From positions 1 to 61,144 of the forward strand of contig KZ538592.1 in assembly GCA_000934665.2 (NCBI GenBank): a stretch of DNA of 61,144 nt. The letters run 5' to 3'. Both the position numbers and the translations under genes were made by a program. Below the pieces are notes generated by a model. That model saw nothing but the letters and a program-made list of their open reading frames with translations, had not been told where the DNA came from and ran no database searches. Shown here one piece after another: positions 1 through 29,433 of this stretch (its first letter is position 1; each line of letters opens with the position of its first letter). The stretch comes from Catajapyx aquilonaris. Lineage: Eukaryota.

Positions 1-168
1 TCAAATATTTTATGGTGATTGTTGAATTGTACAAATTCCCGTAGAAAATATACAAGGATATATTATGAGAATTTATTTGGCAAATGACACTACATTGGGA
101 TTAATGGTATTTTGTGTGGCGCCCTTTCCTTACAATAAGTACATGCTGGAGAGAGTGTCAGCATCGAA

Positions 169-1029
169 GGAGCGCAGTGGTCTAGTGGCTAAGGCGCTTT
201 CTTCGTAACCTGAAGGTTGAAGGATCGAATCCTGAAAGAAAGGAAGAAGTCGTTTCTTTTTATCGCTGTGGACCTTTCTCGCTGTTACTTGGTCTCTCGT
301 TTCACATTTATTTCTCTTTGAACTGCATCTGGTAAATAGGCTAGACCCTTCCAACACCCATAACTTCGTTACCACAGAGCGTGGCACTGTGGTAACGCAT
401 CAGACCAGTCGGGAGATGTGGGTTCAAATCCCGAATCTCCACAGTTGATGAGTCAGAAAAAAAATTTGCAGCCGACATCTCTGGCCAAGATGGCGACTGT
501 TTCTTCGCAGTTTCCCAGACACTTCTTCAGAGGTGTCAGAGGAGCAGCGAAGAGGGGGGGAGGGGTGGAGAGGGGGAGGAAAGGGGGGCAGGGGAGAAAA
601 ATTTTTTGGAAATTTTTAAAACGCCTGCTTAATGGGAGGGGGCGGTCACTTTTTTCGAAGAAAAAAGTCTTAAATTTAATCATTCAAAGAATTGAGGTTT
701 GTGTGGGCCATCCCCAGCCCCCGCCCTACCGCTGCCCAAGTGGGTGCATTTACCTTATACCTGGGAGTTCCATTCTCAAACCTATCATCCCCCCAAATAT
801 TTAAGTCTACAATTTAAACTATAGGTCCAATGAAATCACCAGCACATGCAAATGAATCGGCACAATTTTTAGGTCATTTTCAATGTTTTGTTACAGCCTG
901 ACCTTTGACCTGAAAGGCCCTAATATTAGGTTTTTGGTCTGGGGCCAGGCCCTACCTCGGTCTCCATCTGTCGGGTCTCTCGTAATGAGACTGTATACAG
1001 AGCACGGTACAGTATACAGTATATCTCTC
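169..1029 (+). mobile_element. tRNA-derived SINE-like repeat, copy 1
   Basis: 331-1029 is a high-identity reverse complement of 1266-1977. Two tRNA-like A/B-box modules: about 169-238 (tggtctagtgg...ggatcgaatcc) and about 385-440 (tggtaacgc...ggttcaaatccc). No coding capacity. Confidence 0.6.
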
Positions 1030-1265
1030 TGTGTGAGGTAGTAATGCCCCTATCCAAACGTACGTAGTTGGCAGGTATCAGTATGAATGTGACGTAGGCG
1101 AGTGGTTCGTTCGACGCGGTTTTACTTGGGCACTGTAGGCTTGGTGACCTTCATGTCTCTTTGACCTTATACATATTCCCCCCTTTCCACCCCCGCCCCG
1201 CTACCCACAAGGACAGGCGGACTGCTACATTTGGCTAGCAGGCTAGGGGCATACTTGTTCACATC

Positions 1266-2130
1266 GAGAGATATATACTGTATATCTATGTACTGTGCTC
1301 TGTACAGTCTCATTACGAAAGACCCGACAGATGGAGACCGAGGTAGGGCCTGGCCCGAGACCAAAAACCTAATATTAGGGCCTTTCAGGTCAAAGGTCAG
1401 GCTGCAACAAAACATTGAAAATGACCTAAAAATTGTGCCGATTCATTTGCATGTGCTGGTGATTTCATTGGACCTATAGTTTAAATTGTAGGCTTAAATA
1501 TTTGGGGGGATGATAGGTTTGAGAATGGAACTCCCAGGTATAAGGTAAATGCACCCACTTGGGCAGTGGTAGGGTGGGGGCTGGGGATGGCCCACACAAA
1601 CCTGAATTCTTCAATTCTTTGAATGATTAAATTTAAGACTTTTTCCTTCGAAAAAAGTGACCGCCCCCTCCCATTAAGCAGGTGTTTTAAAAATTCCCAA
1701 AAAAAATTTCTCCCCTGCCCCCCTTTCCTCCCCCTCTCCACCCCTCCCCCCCTCTTCGCTGCTCCTCTGACACCTCTGAAGAAGTGTTTGGGAAACTGCG
1801 AAGAAACAGTCGCCATCTTGGCCAGAGATGTCGGCTGCAAATTTTTTTCTGACTCATCAACTGTGGAGATTAGGGATTTGAACCCACATCTCCCGATTGA
1901 GAGTCTGATGCGTTACCATAGTGCCACGCTCTGTGGTAACGAAATTATGGGTGTTGAAAGGGTCTAGCCTATTTACCGGTCCAGTGAAGTTACGGAAAAT
2001 GAAATATAATGAATGCAAGTAATGAATATATGAGAAAAAATGAGAACGAATAACACGCTGAGAGGGATTCGATCCTACAACCTTTGCATCAAGCGGCCGA
2101 CATCTTATCCAGTAGACCAAGCCACCACTT
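1266..2130 (-). mobile_element. tRNA-derived SINE-like repeat, copy 2 (inverted)
   Basis: Reverse complement of copy 1. It has its own diverged tRNA-like head at about 2055-2130 (minus strand: tggtctactgg...ggatcgaatccc). Confidence 0.6.
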
Positions 2131-3370
2131 TCATATACCAACCTTCAAATACATCTACTGCACATTCCATCAGAAAATAGGGGGAAAAATAACTCACGAA
2201 TTCAGCAAATTTGTGAGAAATCTATCGATCGGTATATTTAATGAGTGTTTGCATTTTTAAATATGTGCTTATTTATTAACAAATTATGCACAAATTTTGT
2301 GGACCTGTAATTACATGAGTACACGAGATGTGTTGATGGCAATGTTCTTCTTCAATTGCATCAGTCCAACCTCCAGCGTCCCTGTAATGCAACAAGTAAA
2401 AATTATTTTCATTAACAATTAAGTAGGCTAAGCTGTACCCGTCACATCCGATCCTATAAAATTTAGTGAAAAACAAACCATAACTTGAACCCAATCCAGG
2501 CCGATAATACTAAGTTTTAAAAGAAGAAAAGAGAGGGCCATATGCTAGCAGCAAGTAGGTGGCATTGTTACGTGTCCAACCATCCGTGGGGAGGGATGTG
2601 ACCCGCCAGAAAATGCAAATCAATGGAAGTAATTAGCATCGGAATGGAAGAGGATATGGCGCCAGGTGAAACTCACCCAGCCATCGTTGCCACTCCAAAA
2701 ATAAAAATAAAAATAAAAAAAATAAAAAAGGGATTGACCTCTCCCAGAAAATTATTCCAAGAAAAACCTTTAAGAATAGACACATCTGCAATAAGAATCC
2801 GCCACTTACCACGTCATGGAATTTGCATATTGTACAAATTTCCAGGTGATGTCTTCATATACCTTCTGAAGACAGCAGAAACGTGGCAAATAAGTCTGAT
2901 TGAAATGGAAAGTATTTGGCGAGTCTGATGAAAGGTTCCCACGGTTCGTGGATGACGCAACAATCGTCCCCCCCTCCTTTTTTTCCTCTTTCTTTTTGTC
3001 TTCGGCGGTGTTTCCCAGAGTCGTCACGGCATGTTGGGGACTCCAGTCGTCTCCCCCCGGGTGTCTTGACTCTAATGGAATGGAAGAGAAAGAGAGAGAG
3101 AGGTCCTATTGTCAAAAACCCTAATCAAATGTTGCTGCGTGGGAATATGTAAAAAAAATTTATCCGGCTTCCTGCTTCATTTACAAACACCATTATGTGC
3201 AAATATTCACCAAGAAAAACTCCAGAGGTACAGTAGATGCAAGTGCTGTCAATCACTTCTTAACATGCAGACAAGTACCCAAGTAGTCATTGAAGCGTAC
3301 TTTATGATTTCCGACTACAGGTGTTTCATATAGAAATTACAGCACACCCACTGCTGAAACCTACCCCGAG

Positions 3371-3912
3371 TAATAATATATTATTATAAATGAATAAGTA
3401 CATATTAATAATCATTAATAAATATTAATACATACCGTACATATTAATAATCATTAATAAATATTAATACATACCGTACATATTAATAGCCATTAACACA
3501 TATTAATATGTGCACTTATATTAATAAGCTCTAAAATTAATTTTAAATGATAAATAAAGTACAGTATTAATCTATAAACCAATATTAACCATTAATAAAT
3601 ATCAATAAAAATTAATTAATACTACATTAATAAGCTACAAAATATTTTAAATGCCAATTAAATATTAATCTATAAACGAATATTAATCCTTAATCTTTCA
3701 ATGAATATTAATAATTACTTACATTAATAAATAAACACTACAAGTTCAAAATGAATTGAAATATTGACCTATAAATAAATATTGATAAATATATTAATTA
3801 AATGACTGAAAGAATTGATCAATATTAATTAAAATAATTACAAACTATTGACTAAATATTAGTAAATTAATAAACATAGTAATGCCAATGACAAATTAGG
3901 ACAATTAATTAA
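3371..3912. repeat. AT-rich degenerate tandem repeat (attaata-based)
   Basis: Reiterated atattaata/attaat units, including an exact short duplication (catattaataatcattaataaatattaatacataccgta). Confidence 0.7.
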
Positions 3913-5299
3913 AACACTGCTGCTCGCATCTGACATGTCATATTCCATCAGTACTGTATAGTCATTGACTTATTTTTAATGAGGGAATCAACAACTTGTG
4001 CGTGGTCATACAATAATGACGATAATTTCCTATTAAGAATTGATTATTTTTGTGGAGAGGCGAGTCGCACAGATGGCAGCAGGCCCTTTGCGGCCATGGC
4101 GTCAGGTTATGGTGGCAGGCAGTAGGTGGCACTACAGAGGCGGGTATACCTAGTAACTCGATTTTAACTCGGGGTAATGAAATATGTAGCCTAATCATAT
4201 CGCCTTATCAACACAGAGGGATCGGAGGGCTTTTTGTGAAGAAAAAAAAAATCCATCAGTAAGGTGATAATTACAACTTTTTTTTTTCCTTAACCTCATT
4301 AGCGCCCTCTTCTAAACTTTGACAATTAAGTATCCCCCTATACCTTTTTGAGCTGCAACAATCGGCGCTCGGAGTCACGCCAAGGTTCTTAATTGGACTG
4401 CTCATTATGCTAATGAGCGAGGGATCTGGAGAGAGAGAGAGAGAGAGAGAACTTGACTCTTTATGATGAGTTCAGCTCAAAAAAGAAAAACAGACCAAGT
4501 TTCATTAGCTAATCAGAAAGTTATATCCTCAAGAAGTTTGGCATCTTCATCAACAATCAAAGCATTTTTGATGCCAAATTTGGCACAAATCTGCTGCTTT
4601 CGACGTAATTGTTTACTCTGGCAACCAGTTTTACACCAGCACACAAGTGTTGTTTACTCCCCCATCAACCAACCAGTTTGAAACGTGTAACTATTAGTTG
4701 CTTCTCTTTTAAACTGGGTTGCCAGAGTAAACAACCCGATCGGGATGGCATATAAGTTTTCCTTGATTATTCCCCGTTTGATGGCAGGCTCGATACATTT
4801 TCCTGCAATAATTATCCCCAGCAGCAGTACCAATGATTTGCAGCCTGCACTTTCTCTCTCTAGTTTTTATTTTATTTTATATGAGTACATTCCAGGTTTG
4901 TCCAGCATTTTGAACCATTGGTAGGGTTGTGGCCGTGCACAGCGATATCGCACAGAGCTAGTTGGGGGGGGGGGNGGAAGTAGGTTGGAAGCTGGGTGTT
5001 GGGTTGGGTGGTGTGGGGAGGGGAGGTTTGTCGCCTGGACTTGGAAACGGCAAACCAACCAACAGCGAGAGGGCTAATTGGATTAAGTTCGCTGGGCTGC
5101 TCTGTCGCCTGCATTGCACCAGCTTCTGGGTTGGGTGGGTTTGGGACACACACTCACACACACTAGACAAAAAAATGTTCCCTATATAAATGATAAGGCT
5201 CGAGCCTTGTTTCTAATTATACTAGGATCCAATCAGGACCAGTGACAACCAACAAGTGTTTACTATACCACATGCAAAATTAGGCCTCTTCATTACCTA

Positions 5300-5499
5300 C
5301 TAGCACAATGCCTGTCTGGCGAAGCCATGTGCCGCAATTGCCCCAGATGAAACACCAAAAATAATCAAAACAAAAAAAAAAATACTGAATTTTGGATATT
5401 CAAACTCAGCGGCACGTTTTGCACTCTCAGTAGTCTAAAAGTGGGTCTAAAATCCGTGGCATACGTACCAACAAACTTTCTACCTTATATATGTAGAGA
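5300..5499 (-). mobile_element. non-autonomous Helitron-like element
   Basis: Minus strand starts a|TCtctacatatataaggtagaaagtttgttgg and ends CTAG|t. The 5' block is shared with copies at 19264, 25361 and 38509. Confidence 0.5.
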
Positions 5500-6234
5500 T
5501 ATAGACACCATGCAAAACAACCCCCTCAAAAAAATTCACCATCATAAGTAATGCCATAGGCCGTGAACTACAATGGTTATCACTCATCTTCACAATGACA
5601 CAAACACGATCCCTCCCCATCCCTCCCACAAGTCAATTATTGCATCCCAGTAATGATTCTCATCACTTCTGGTTGCACGCATCATATTGACTGCCCCCAG
5701 CGTTGGAATGACAAACAGGGGCTGGCCATGTAATAATGTCACCTGTCCTTTTCATCTGATGCAAACATAGCTGCAGTTGACCACAACACAGATACCTTTT
5801 CGATTGCGCTTGTCCGCAACATTTTTTTTTTTTTTGGAGGGGGACATAATTGTGGATAAGTCATCAGCATGGTTACGCCCCTGCACTGTTCGTTTTCCAT
5901 TTGGGAGATTGCTGCGGAGAAGCCAGAGGAGGAGAGGCCCATTTGGCTAATCGTTTTCCGAGGGACTACGGGGGAACTTGGAAGAGAAGAGAGAGGATGA
6001 CAGGGGGTAGGGAGAGGAAGGGGGGGGGGGAGTGTTATCCGGGCAATTTCTTTTCCGGGGCAGAAATGGCCATCTGGGCCTCACAGGGTTTTTGGTCCTC
6101 CCAGCAGCCCGCCAAGGTCTGCCCAAAAATTTATGGGAGTCGGGTCTCTCGTGGCATCACAGCTGTGGCATGTACACCTGATGCATTAAGGACCACCACG
6201 ATGCGGTCTGCCAGATTCACCAACCGATGGCGAT

Positions 6235-6445
6235 AGATGGCAGAAAGTGTGCGAATAATTCGTGGGAATGACAGCAGATGGCCCCTCTAGTGATTACTGC
6301 TGACGTAAACGGCGATAGATGGCAGCAACAGTCATAACAGTTTACATATCTGACGAAAGATGTCGCCTCGAGTCATTACCGTTTCCATTGACTGCTGATA
6401 GATGGCACGCTGCTTGTAATGATGACGTGAATCGGTAGATGTCGC
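6235..6445 (+). promoter_or_regulatory. phased array of six CTCF-like motifs (AGATG[G/T]C)
   Basis: Cores at 6235, 6276, 6317, 6358, 6400 and 6437, all in the same orientation, with divergent intervening sequence. Confidence 0.45.
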
Positions 6446-8030
6446 TTTAAGACTCAAGTTATGTTAACTGTAGCGTTGATAGAAGCTCCCCCCAATTTAT
6501 GGACTACTATTACAATGCACCAGTATAGGTGGTTGGTATGGCGCCCAGGCACATCAGAGCCAAGAGTGACGCACAACGATTTTAATTTCGATAATTGCTG
6601 CTTGGGTCTCCCATCAGAGTCAACATTATGGGTAATGGAGGGCGCTCCCAGCAGGAGACGCAATCTGTCCCTCGGACCCGAGGAGACACATCCCAGCAGC
6701 CTGTCCTAAATCATCCGGGGAAGGGAAAAGGGTGGGCAACTGGAGCCAAAGGGGGTGGGGAGATGCCCGATCGGGATGGACGATCACCATCTCAGGGGAC
6801 ATGTACCCGCAGAGGTCACCTCGGGTCACCTCGCAATGTGGGAAGACAACATTTTCCCACGCTTTACATTTCCCACCATTGCAATAATTAGCTATATATG
6901 TGATAGCATGGTGCCACCTTCGATGAGTTCTCTCCGTGTTTGCGTGGAATTTCTCGGGGGTTCACCCATCAGTTTCAAAAGGCGCCAACAGCCGTCGCAG
7001 GCTACTAAAATCCTTCGTTATTTGTATAGGGCTTCTGATTGGTCCGCCGCATATTGTTACCGCGACGCTTCCGATTGGCCCCCTCACACAACACTAATTA
7101 TTACTGTTTGTATTGTTCAGATCATTTCCATGTAAACTTGAAAAGTGGGAAGTTCTGAAGTCCATTTGATTAGATAGATGGGGGTCGGCAATTAACAATA
7201 TGTCCTCCAGCAGGCCGAGAAAAATGTGAGAGTATAAGCGAGGGCTAGGCAAAAAAAATGCGTTGTTATTGCCTAAATTATTATTAAAATTATTGTCATT
7301 TTCTCACAATAAAATCAAATCACGGAAGCCCCGTAGTACGGGTTTGTGTATAACAATCCAATGCTTAAGTAGTATGCGATAATCCGTAACGCAATTAAGT
7401 GCATTCCGCTATATTATTAATGAGCGACTGTTGGCATAACGACGCCTGATTTAAGAACCAACCATCCAATGAACTTGGCCCCTCCTCCTCCTCTTTCCAC
7501 CCATCCACCCTCCCCATATACGGTAGAGAAGCGACACTCGAGCTAATTGCAGTCGGACAGGGCCGCTTCTCTGCCAGCTCCAATTAGCCGGCTGTGAATT
7601 AGTCATGTGCTGCTTGCCAAGTTTCGCATATTTAAATCTCCCCTCCCACCATCCGCTTTTCCTCCCACCCACTATGCACCCAAAAAAAAAGAGTAGGTTC
7701 CGCCATTATCGGTTGCAACGTGAATGATCTGTTGACGACACCTAGTGCAAAAGTGTCACCTGAATTTGAGGGCGGTTTCCAAAAACATCAACCGCATACT
7801 TCCAACACACGACCGCATCCATCTCTCTCTCTCTCTCTCTCTCTCCCTCTCTCCCAAAAATTTTTATGCCATCCCCCGCTACATCTATATACCACCCACC
7901 CACCCCTCTCTGGTCCTGGCTGTAGGCTGCTCGCGTCGCTGCTCTGTTTGCTCAACTAACGAGGCTCCCCTACTGCCTGCTCCATCCCCTACCTCCCCAC
8001 TGCTCCCAACCCAAAAAAGGGGAGGTGGAA

Positions 8031-8031
<1 letters not shown>

Positions 8032-8101
<70 letters not shown>
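8032..8101. repeat. (GA)n microsatellite
   Basis: About 35 AG units. A complementary (CT)n tract lies at about 7822-7853. Confidence 0.95.
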
Positions 8102-8105
<4 letters not shown>

Positions 8106-11019
8106 GGGTAGGGAATAAATGAAGCTCTCCCCGTTTCTGCTCGGGGCTTGCCAATTGTCCTGTTTGCTCAAGGAAGACTTGTCCCAATCGACACGCTCTT
8201 TGCTCTTCACAAACAATATTCCCTCCCAGCACAGTCACATGCAAGCCAACCGGGATTCCTGCATGGTATTCAGCCTCACACGGTCATACCTGTGCACTTT
8301 TTATCGAGAGAGAAAAAAAAAAACCGTCCTTATTGTCCGTCCGTCCGTCTGTGGACATGTATCAGGGCCTAAACTAGTCAAGAAATTGCGACAAACTGTT
8401 TTCGGATTCGGATTCAGCGGACCCTAAACATGTTTCATAGTCAACTTCCGGTTACCCGCCACTTCCGGTTTTTTGGATACACTCTATCCTCCAAGGTCAT
8501 ATATACAGGTAGGTAACCGTACTTGGGTTCCTTGGCAATAAAAAATGAAGACCGACAACAATCAATGTCATTGTTGTCAAATTAGTATCGCGGGATTGTT
8601 AGCCTAATTTCCTCCTTCCCAATGAGAAAAAGTATACTCGAATCACGCTCGCCTGATTTGCCAATCTTCTTTTTGTAAAAAAAATAAATCGACTGGGCTA
8701 AATATTAATGAATAGGCGGAATTTGGAGGTCTGCTTAAAATGTAAGTGACCCTGCATTGTGGGGTTATAAATCCAGTGCATGCATAGCCTGCACTGGCTA
8801 CGTACAGTACATACAGTACATATTATAGCCATACATTTTTCCTTACAATGGGATGAGGCGCCAAGTTAACCCTAATTATAATTTTGCTGCGTTTTACTAT
8901 GTAATCGTAGTAAACGTAGGTGCGATTTTAATACAATCGGCTGATTCAATTCCATTTGCTATCAATCTTTCAAGGCGATCGCGTCTAATCAGGCAAGATT
9001 GTGAGTGTCTGGCGGTTTCAATTAGCATGCATATCCTTGCGGGGGGAAACAGACAAGTTCGCATTTGACTTGTCTGAAGCGATTCGTCATCGTGTCGACC
9101 GCGTGCGAAACTATGTCGGAGGCTGCAAAATGACGGGATTAATAAGGGTCCTCTGTGTGTCTGGATTGTGTCCCAGCACGACACCCTATACATCCTCCCC
9201 TACAGTCTGTCTCTCTTGGGGGAGGAGGAGGAAACTCTGGTGCTGCACGGCACTTGTGTTTGGGGGATGTGAAACAGCATTGAGGGGATGATCGCAATTC
9301 AATTAGGATTGGGGTAGGGAGGAGGGGGGGGCCTACGGCCTTTTGTGTCTTTCCATGCACCAGTAAATACTAAACGAATGACCGGGTGCCACTTGGGGAG
9401 AGGGGAAATTCCGCCCACATGATGGACTCCATTTGCAGGTCAAAGTTTATCCAAGGCAGGTATCGCGATTGATTTTACGATTGCTCAGATTTCTCAGAAC
9501 AATTAGTAATAACTAGTGAAAACCCGTTCCCAACAGCGACAATTAAACAACGTTAATGAGAAGGCCCGCAGATTTACCACATAGTGTTATACTTCACGCA
9601 TAGATGGCGCATACTTCCTATGCACACTTCTGCCACCTTCAGGTAGATAGCATACTATCAGTTCGGACAAACATCCGACGGAGAGAATAAGCCTATTAGG
9701 CAATATCTTGCTGCTTACAAGTAATCGACGTATTTCAAGCTAAAACTAGAACATTTAAAGTACGAGTATGGAACTTAATTAGGCTACTGTAACAAGGAGT
9801 TACTTGTATTTTAATTGGGGGACTGTAATGTTAGCTATCAATTTTGCACAGTTTCAGTAATAGTAGGCTTACTGTACAAGTTTTAAAAATAACACCTCTA
9901 TTGATTCAATAGGTACTGTACTACTATAATTAGATATTTTAGGCCTTCATAAATATGTGTTTTAATATTGTATTGTTTTATTACACACAATTTGAGTTAA
10001 TATTATTAACAAAACCGAGTGGCTAGTAGCTCATCCTGGAAAGCAGGCTTCCCTAAGAACAAGAGTGTCTTACGTGTAGCCCTGAATAGTCAGGATAAAC
10101 TCTGTACAGAAAGTTGACCGGGCCAAATCCGTGCCACTATAATCCGATAGACGTTACGCAACATCTGTGTAACTATTGCAATTTTGATCAGTTCCCCGCA
10201 GCCTTCACAGAGTCTATTACCAGCATGTTCAACAACCTTTCCCAGGTTATCAACAGCTACAAAATTATTCTGGGCGCATGACCACACTTTCCGGATATCG
10301 AATTATAGCATTACTATTACACACGGCGAGTCGTAGCATAGTCAATAGACCCGGATCCGTTCCGGAACCGGTTCACTTTGCAATTTGCGCTATTGCTTTC
10401 ATTATTTATTAATACTGCGAGCGTGATAAACCTCTGTCAGTGATTAAGACGCTACTTCACATCAGGGTCTATCCTAGATTGGCCGTAATGTCAGGTAATG
10501 ATAGAGGACATGTCGCAGGCGTCGCAGGCGTCGCGGTGCTGCTTCGGAGCAGGAAGTAGGGGAGGGGAGGGGGGAGAGGCTCAGGCGACGGCGCTACCGA
10601 CGGACCAATACGACGAGGCCTTGCTCCACCAGCATTGCCATTGGAGGTGGGTGCGTCGGTGGGTGGTGGGTACGATTCAAAAGCCAGGGAAGGGCTACTC
10701 CCATCCAACCAGACATGCCAACCCCCCCTATCTGTTGAAATAATCAGAGGAGCCACTGTAGGATTGCGCAATGTTATTGCATTACACATGATCGGCGGCT
10801 TGCAGCATCAAGTAATAATAACAACCCAGCTCTTACAGTACCAACTTTTTCGGGATTATATCCATGATTTTTCAACAGTCCAACTCATAATTTTATGAAC
10901 AGCATGATGCCAGGCTTCACGCTTAAATTTTAAACGTACTTGACATACGGTGCAAATTGTGCAAAAATTCTGGTATTCTTACAGCGCATTGCAGTGCAAA
11001 AAAAAATAAAAATGTGGGA

Positions 11020-11735
11020 GGTCGAATTTTCGTCCCACTGCTAGATACTGCTAAGTACCAGTGTTGGAAGTGGTATAAGTTAGCAGTAAGTATAGCAGTA
11101 GGACTTAAATTCCACCCTGGATTGCTAGTTACTTCTAACTTTGCACTACCAGTGTTGGCACTACTAAGTTAGCAGTAACTATTAGTGGGACGAAAATTAG
11201 ACCCTGGATTTCTAGTTACTTCTAACTTAGCAGTACTAGTGTTCGTAGTGGTACTTCTAAGTTAGCAGTGACTAGTAGTGGGACGAAAATTAGACCAGCT
11301 GGATTGCTAGTTACTTCTAACTTAGCAGTACTAGTGTGCATAGTGGTACTTCTAAGTTAGCAGTGACTAGTAGTGGAACGAAAATTCGACCCTGGATTGC
11401 TAGTTACTTCTAACTCAGCAGTATAATCGGGGTGTTGGTAGTGATACTGCTAAGTTAGCAGTACCATGGTTGGAAGTGATACTGCTAAGTTAGCAGTTAG
11501 CCTACCTATCAGTGGGACGAAAATTCGACCTTGGATTGCTAGTTACTTTCCAGCAGTACCAGTGTTGGAAGTAGTACTTTTAAGGTAGCAGTACCAGTGT
11601 TGGTAGTGGTAGTTCTAAGTTAGCAGTAACTATTAGTGGGACGAAAATTCGCCCCTGGATTGCTATAGTTACTCCTAACTTAGCAGTACCAATGTTGGCC
11701 CTTCTTCTAGCCTAGCAGTAACTAGTAGTCGACCC
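11020..11735. repeat. tandem array of about 6 palindromic 90-140 bp units
   Basis: Unit: ctggattgctagttacttctaacttagcagtac...gtacttctaagttagcagtaactagtagtgggacgaaaattcgacc, starting near 11116, 11203, 11299, 11391, 11530 and 11654. Confidence 0.85.
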
Positions 11736-11844
11736 CCCCTCCCCCCCCAGTTTTTACAGCCCTTTTCAAGCTATAATTGGAGCTCCCGCGAGATGGATGT
11801 TAAAATGCTTCCTGATAGTCTTGATATTACACCCCCCCCCCCCC

Positions 11845-11943
11845 NNNNNNNNNNNNNNNNNNNNNNNNNNNNNNNNNNNNNNNNNNNNNNNNNNNNNNNN
11901 NNNNNNNNNNNNNNNNNNNNNNNNNNNNNNNNNNNNNNNNNNN
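11845..11943. other. assembly gap (N run) between poly-C and poly-G
   Basis: Run of about 100 N. Confidence 0.99.
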
Positions 11944-12384
11944 GGGGGGGGGGGGGGGGGGCGCTAAGCTGGCTTGGGCTTAATCGAGTTGGCGCCCGGC
12001 TCCTTCGTGGCCTAACCACGTTAGCGGCTGAGGATGGGCTCAGGAAGGTCTATCGGGGGGAGGTGGGGTGGGGTGGGGTTTATAGCAAAAGCGACCTGTT
12101 GCCCCCCATCCATTTGACTAGGTCAGATTGACCTGTTGAGGTTGGTAGACCTGGTGTCGCCTTGAGGGGCGTCTGGGGCGTCGCCGTAGCGTCAGTCGAC
12201 ATCCATCCGACGCTCAGTGCGGGTCCGGCCGCGACCCAATTAGACCCGGGTTTTCCGGCATGTGGAGGGGCGTCGGTGGCGTCGGGGGCCGTCGGGGCCT
12301 CTCGGAAAGTGGTAGTGGAGGGGGGGGGGTGAATCCGGAGGGGGGACCCCCGGATATGAGGCCCCCCCGCGCCGCCACCGCCCG

Positions 12385-12452
12385 TAATTGGATCTCCGGC
12401 GCTGATTGGATTAGAGCTCCGTCCGCGACACGGCCGCCGTTTTTCTGATTGG
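12385..12452 (+). promoter_or_regulatory. Phox2 proximal promoter: P3-type homeodomain sites / CCAAT boxes
   Basis: TAATTGGATCT (12385), TGATTGGATTA (12403) and TGATTGG (about 12446) in a GC-rich region 120-190 bp upstream of the ATG. Confidence 0.45.
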
Positions 12453-12574
12453 GGATCCCCCGGTCCGCTCCGGTGTTTTTTGAAAGAAAAAAATTCCGCG
12501 GAGGCAGACACTAGTGTGTTTCGGACTGATCAGCCACGTGCCGGATGCTGCTGTGAAGTTAAAAGTGCACAAAG

Positions 12575-29433
<16,859 letters not shown>

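Noticed and set aside
169..445. tRNA-like segments as functional tRNA genes
   Set aside because: A and B boxes are present, but the acceptor and anticodon stems do not pair properly. They are parts of a repeat.
418..1967. Duplicated 114-128 aa ORFs (MATVSSQFP...)
   Set aside because: Chance frames within the inverted repeat. Indels between the copies shift the frames, and there is no domain signature.
7720..8244. ORFs with LSLSLS / RERERE tracts
   Set aside because: Microsatellite translations.
11020..11735. CRISPR-like repeat/spacer appearance
   Set aside because: Eukaryotic context, the 'spacers' are homologous to each other, unit length is irregular, and there are no cas genes.
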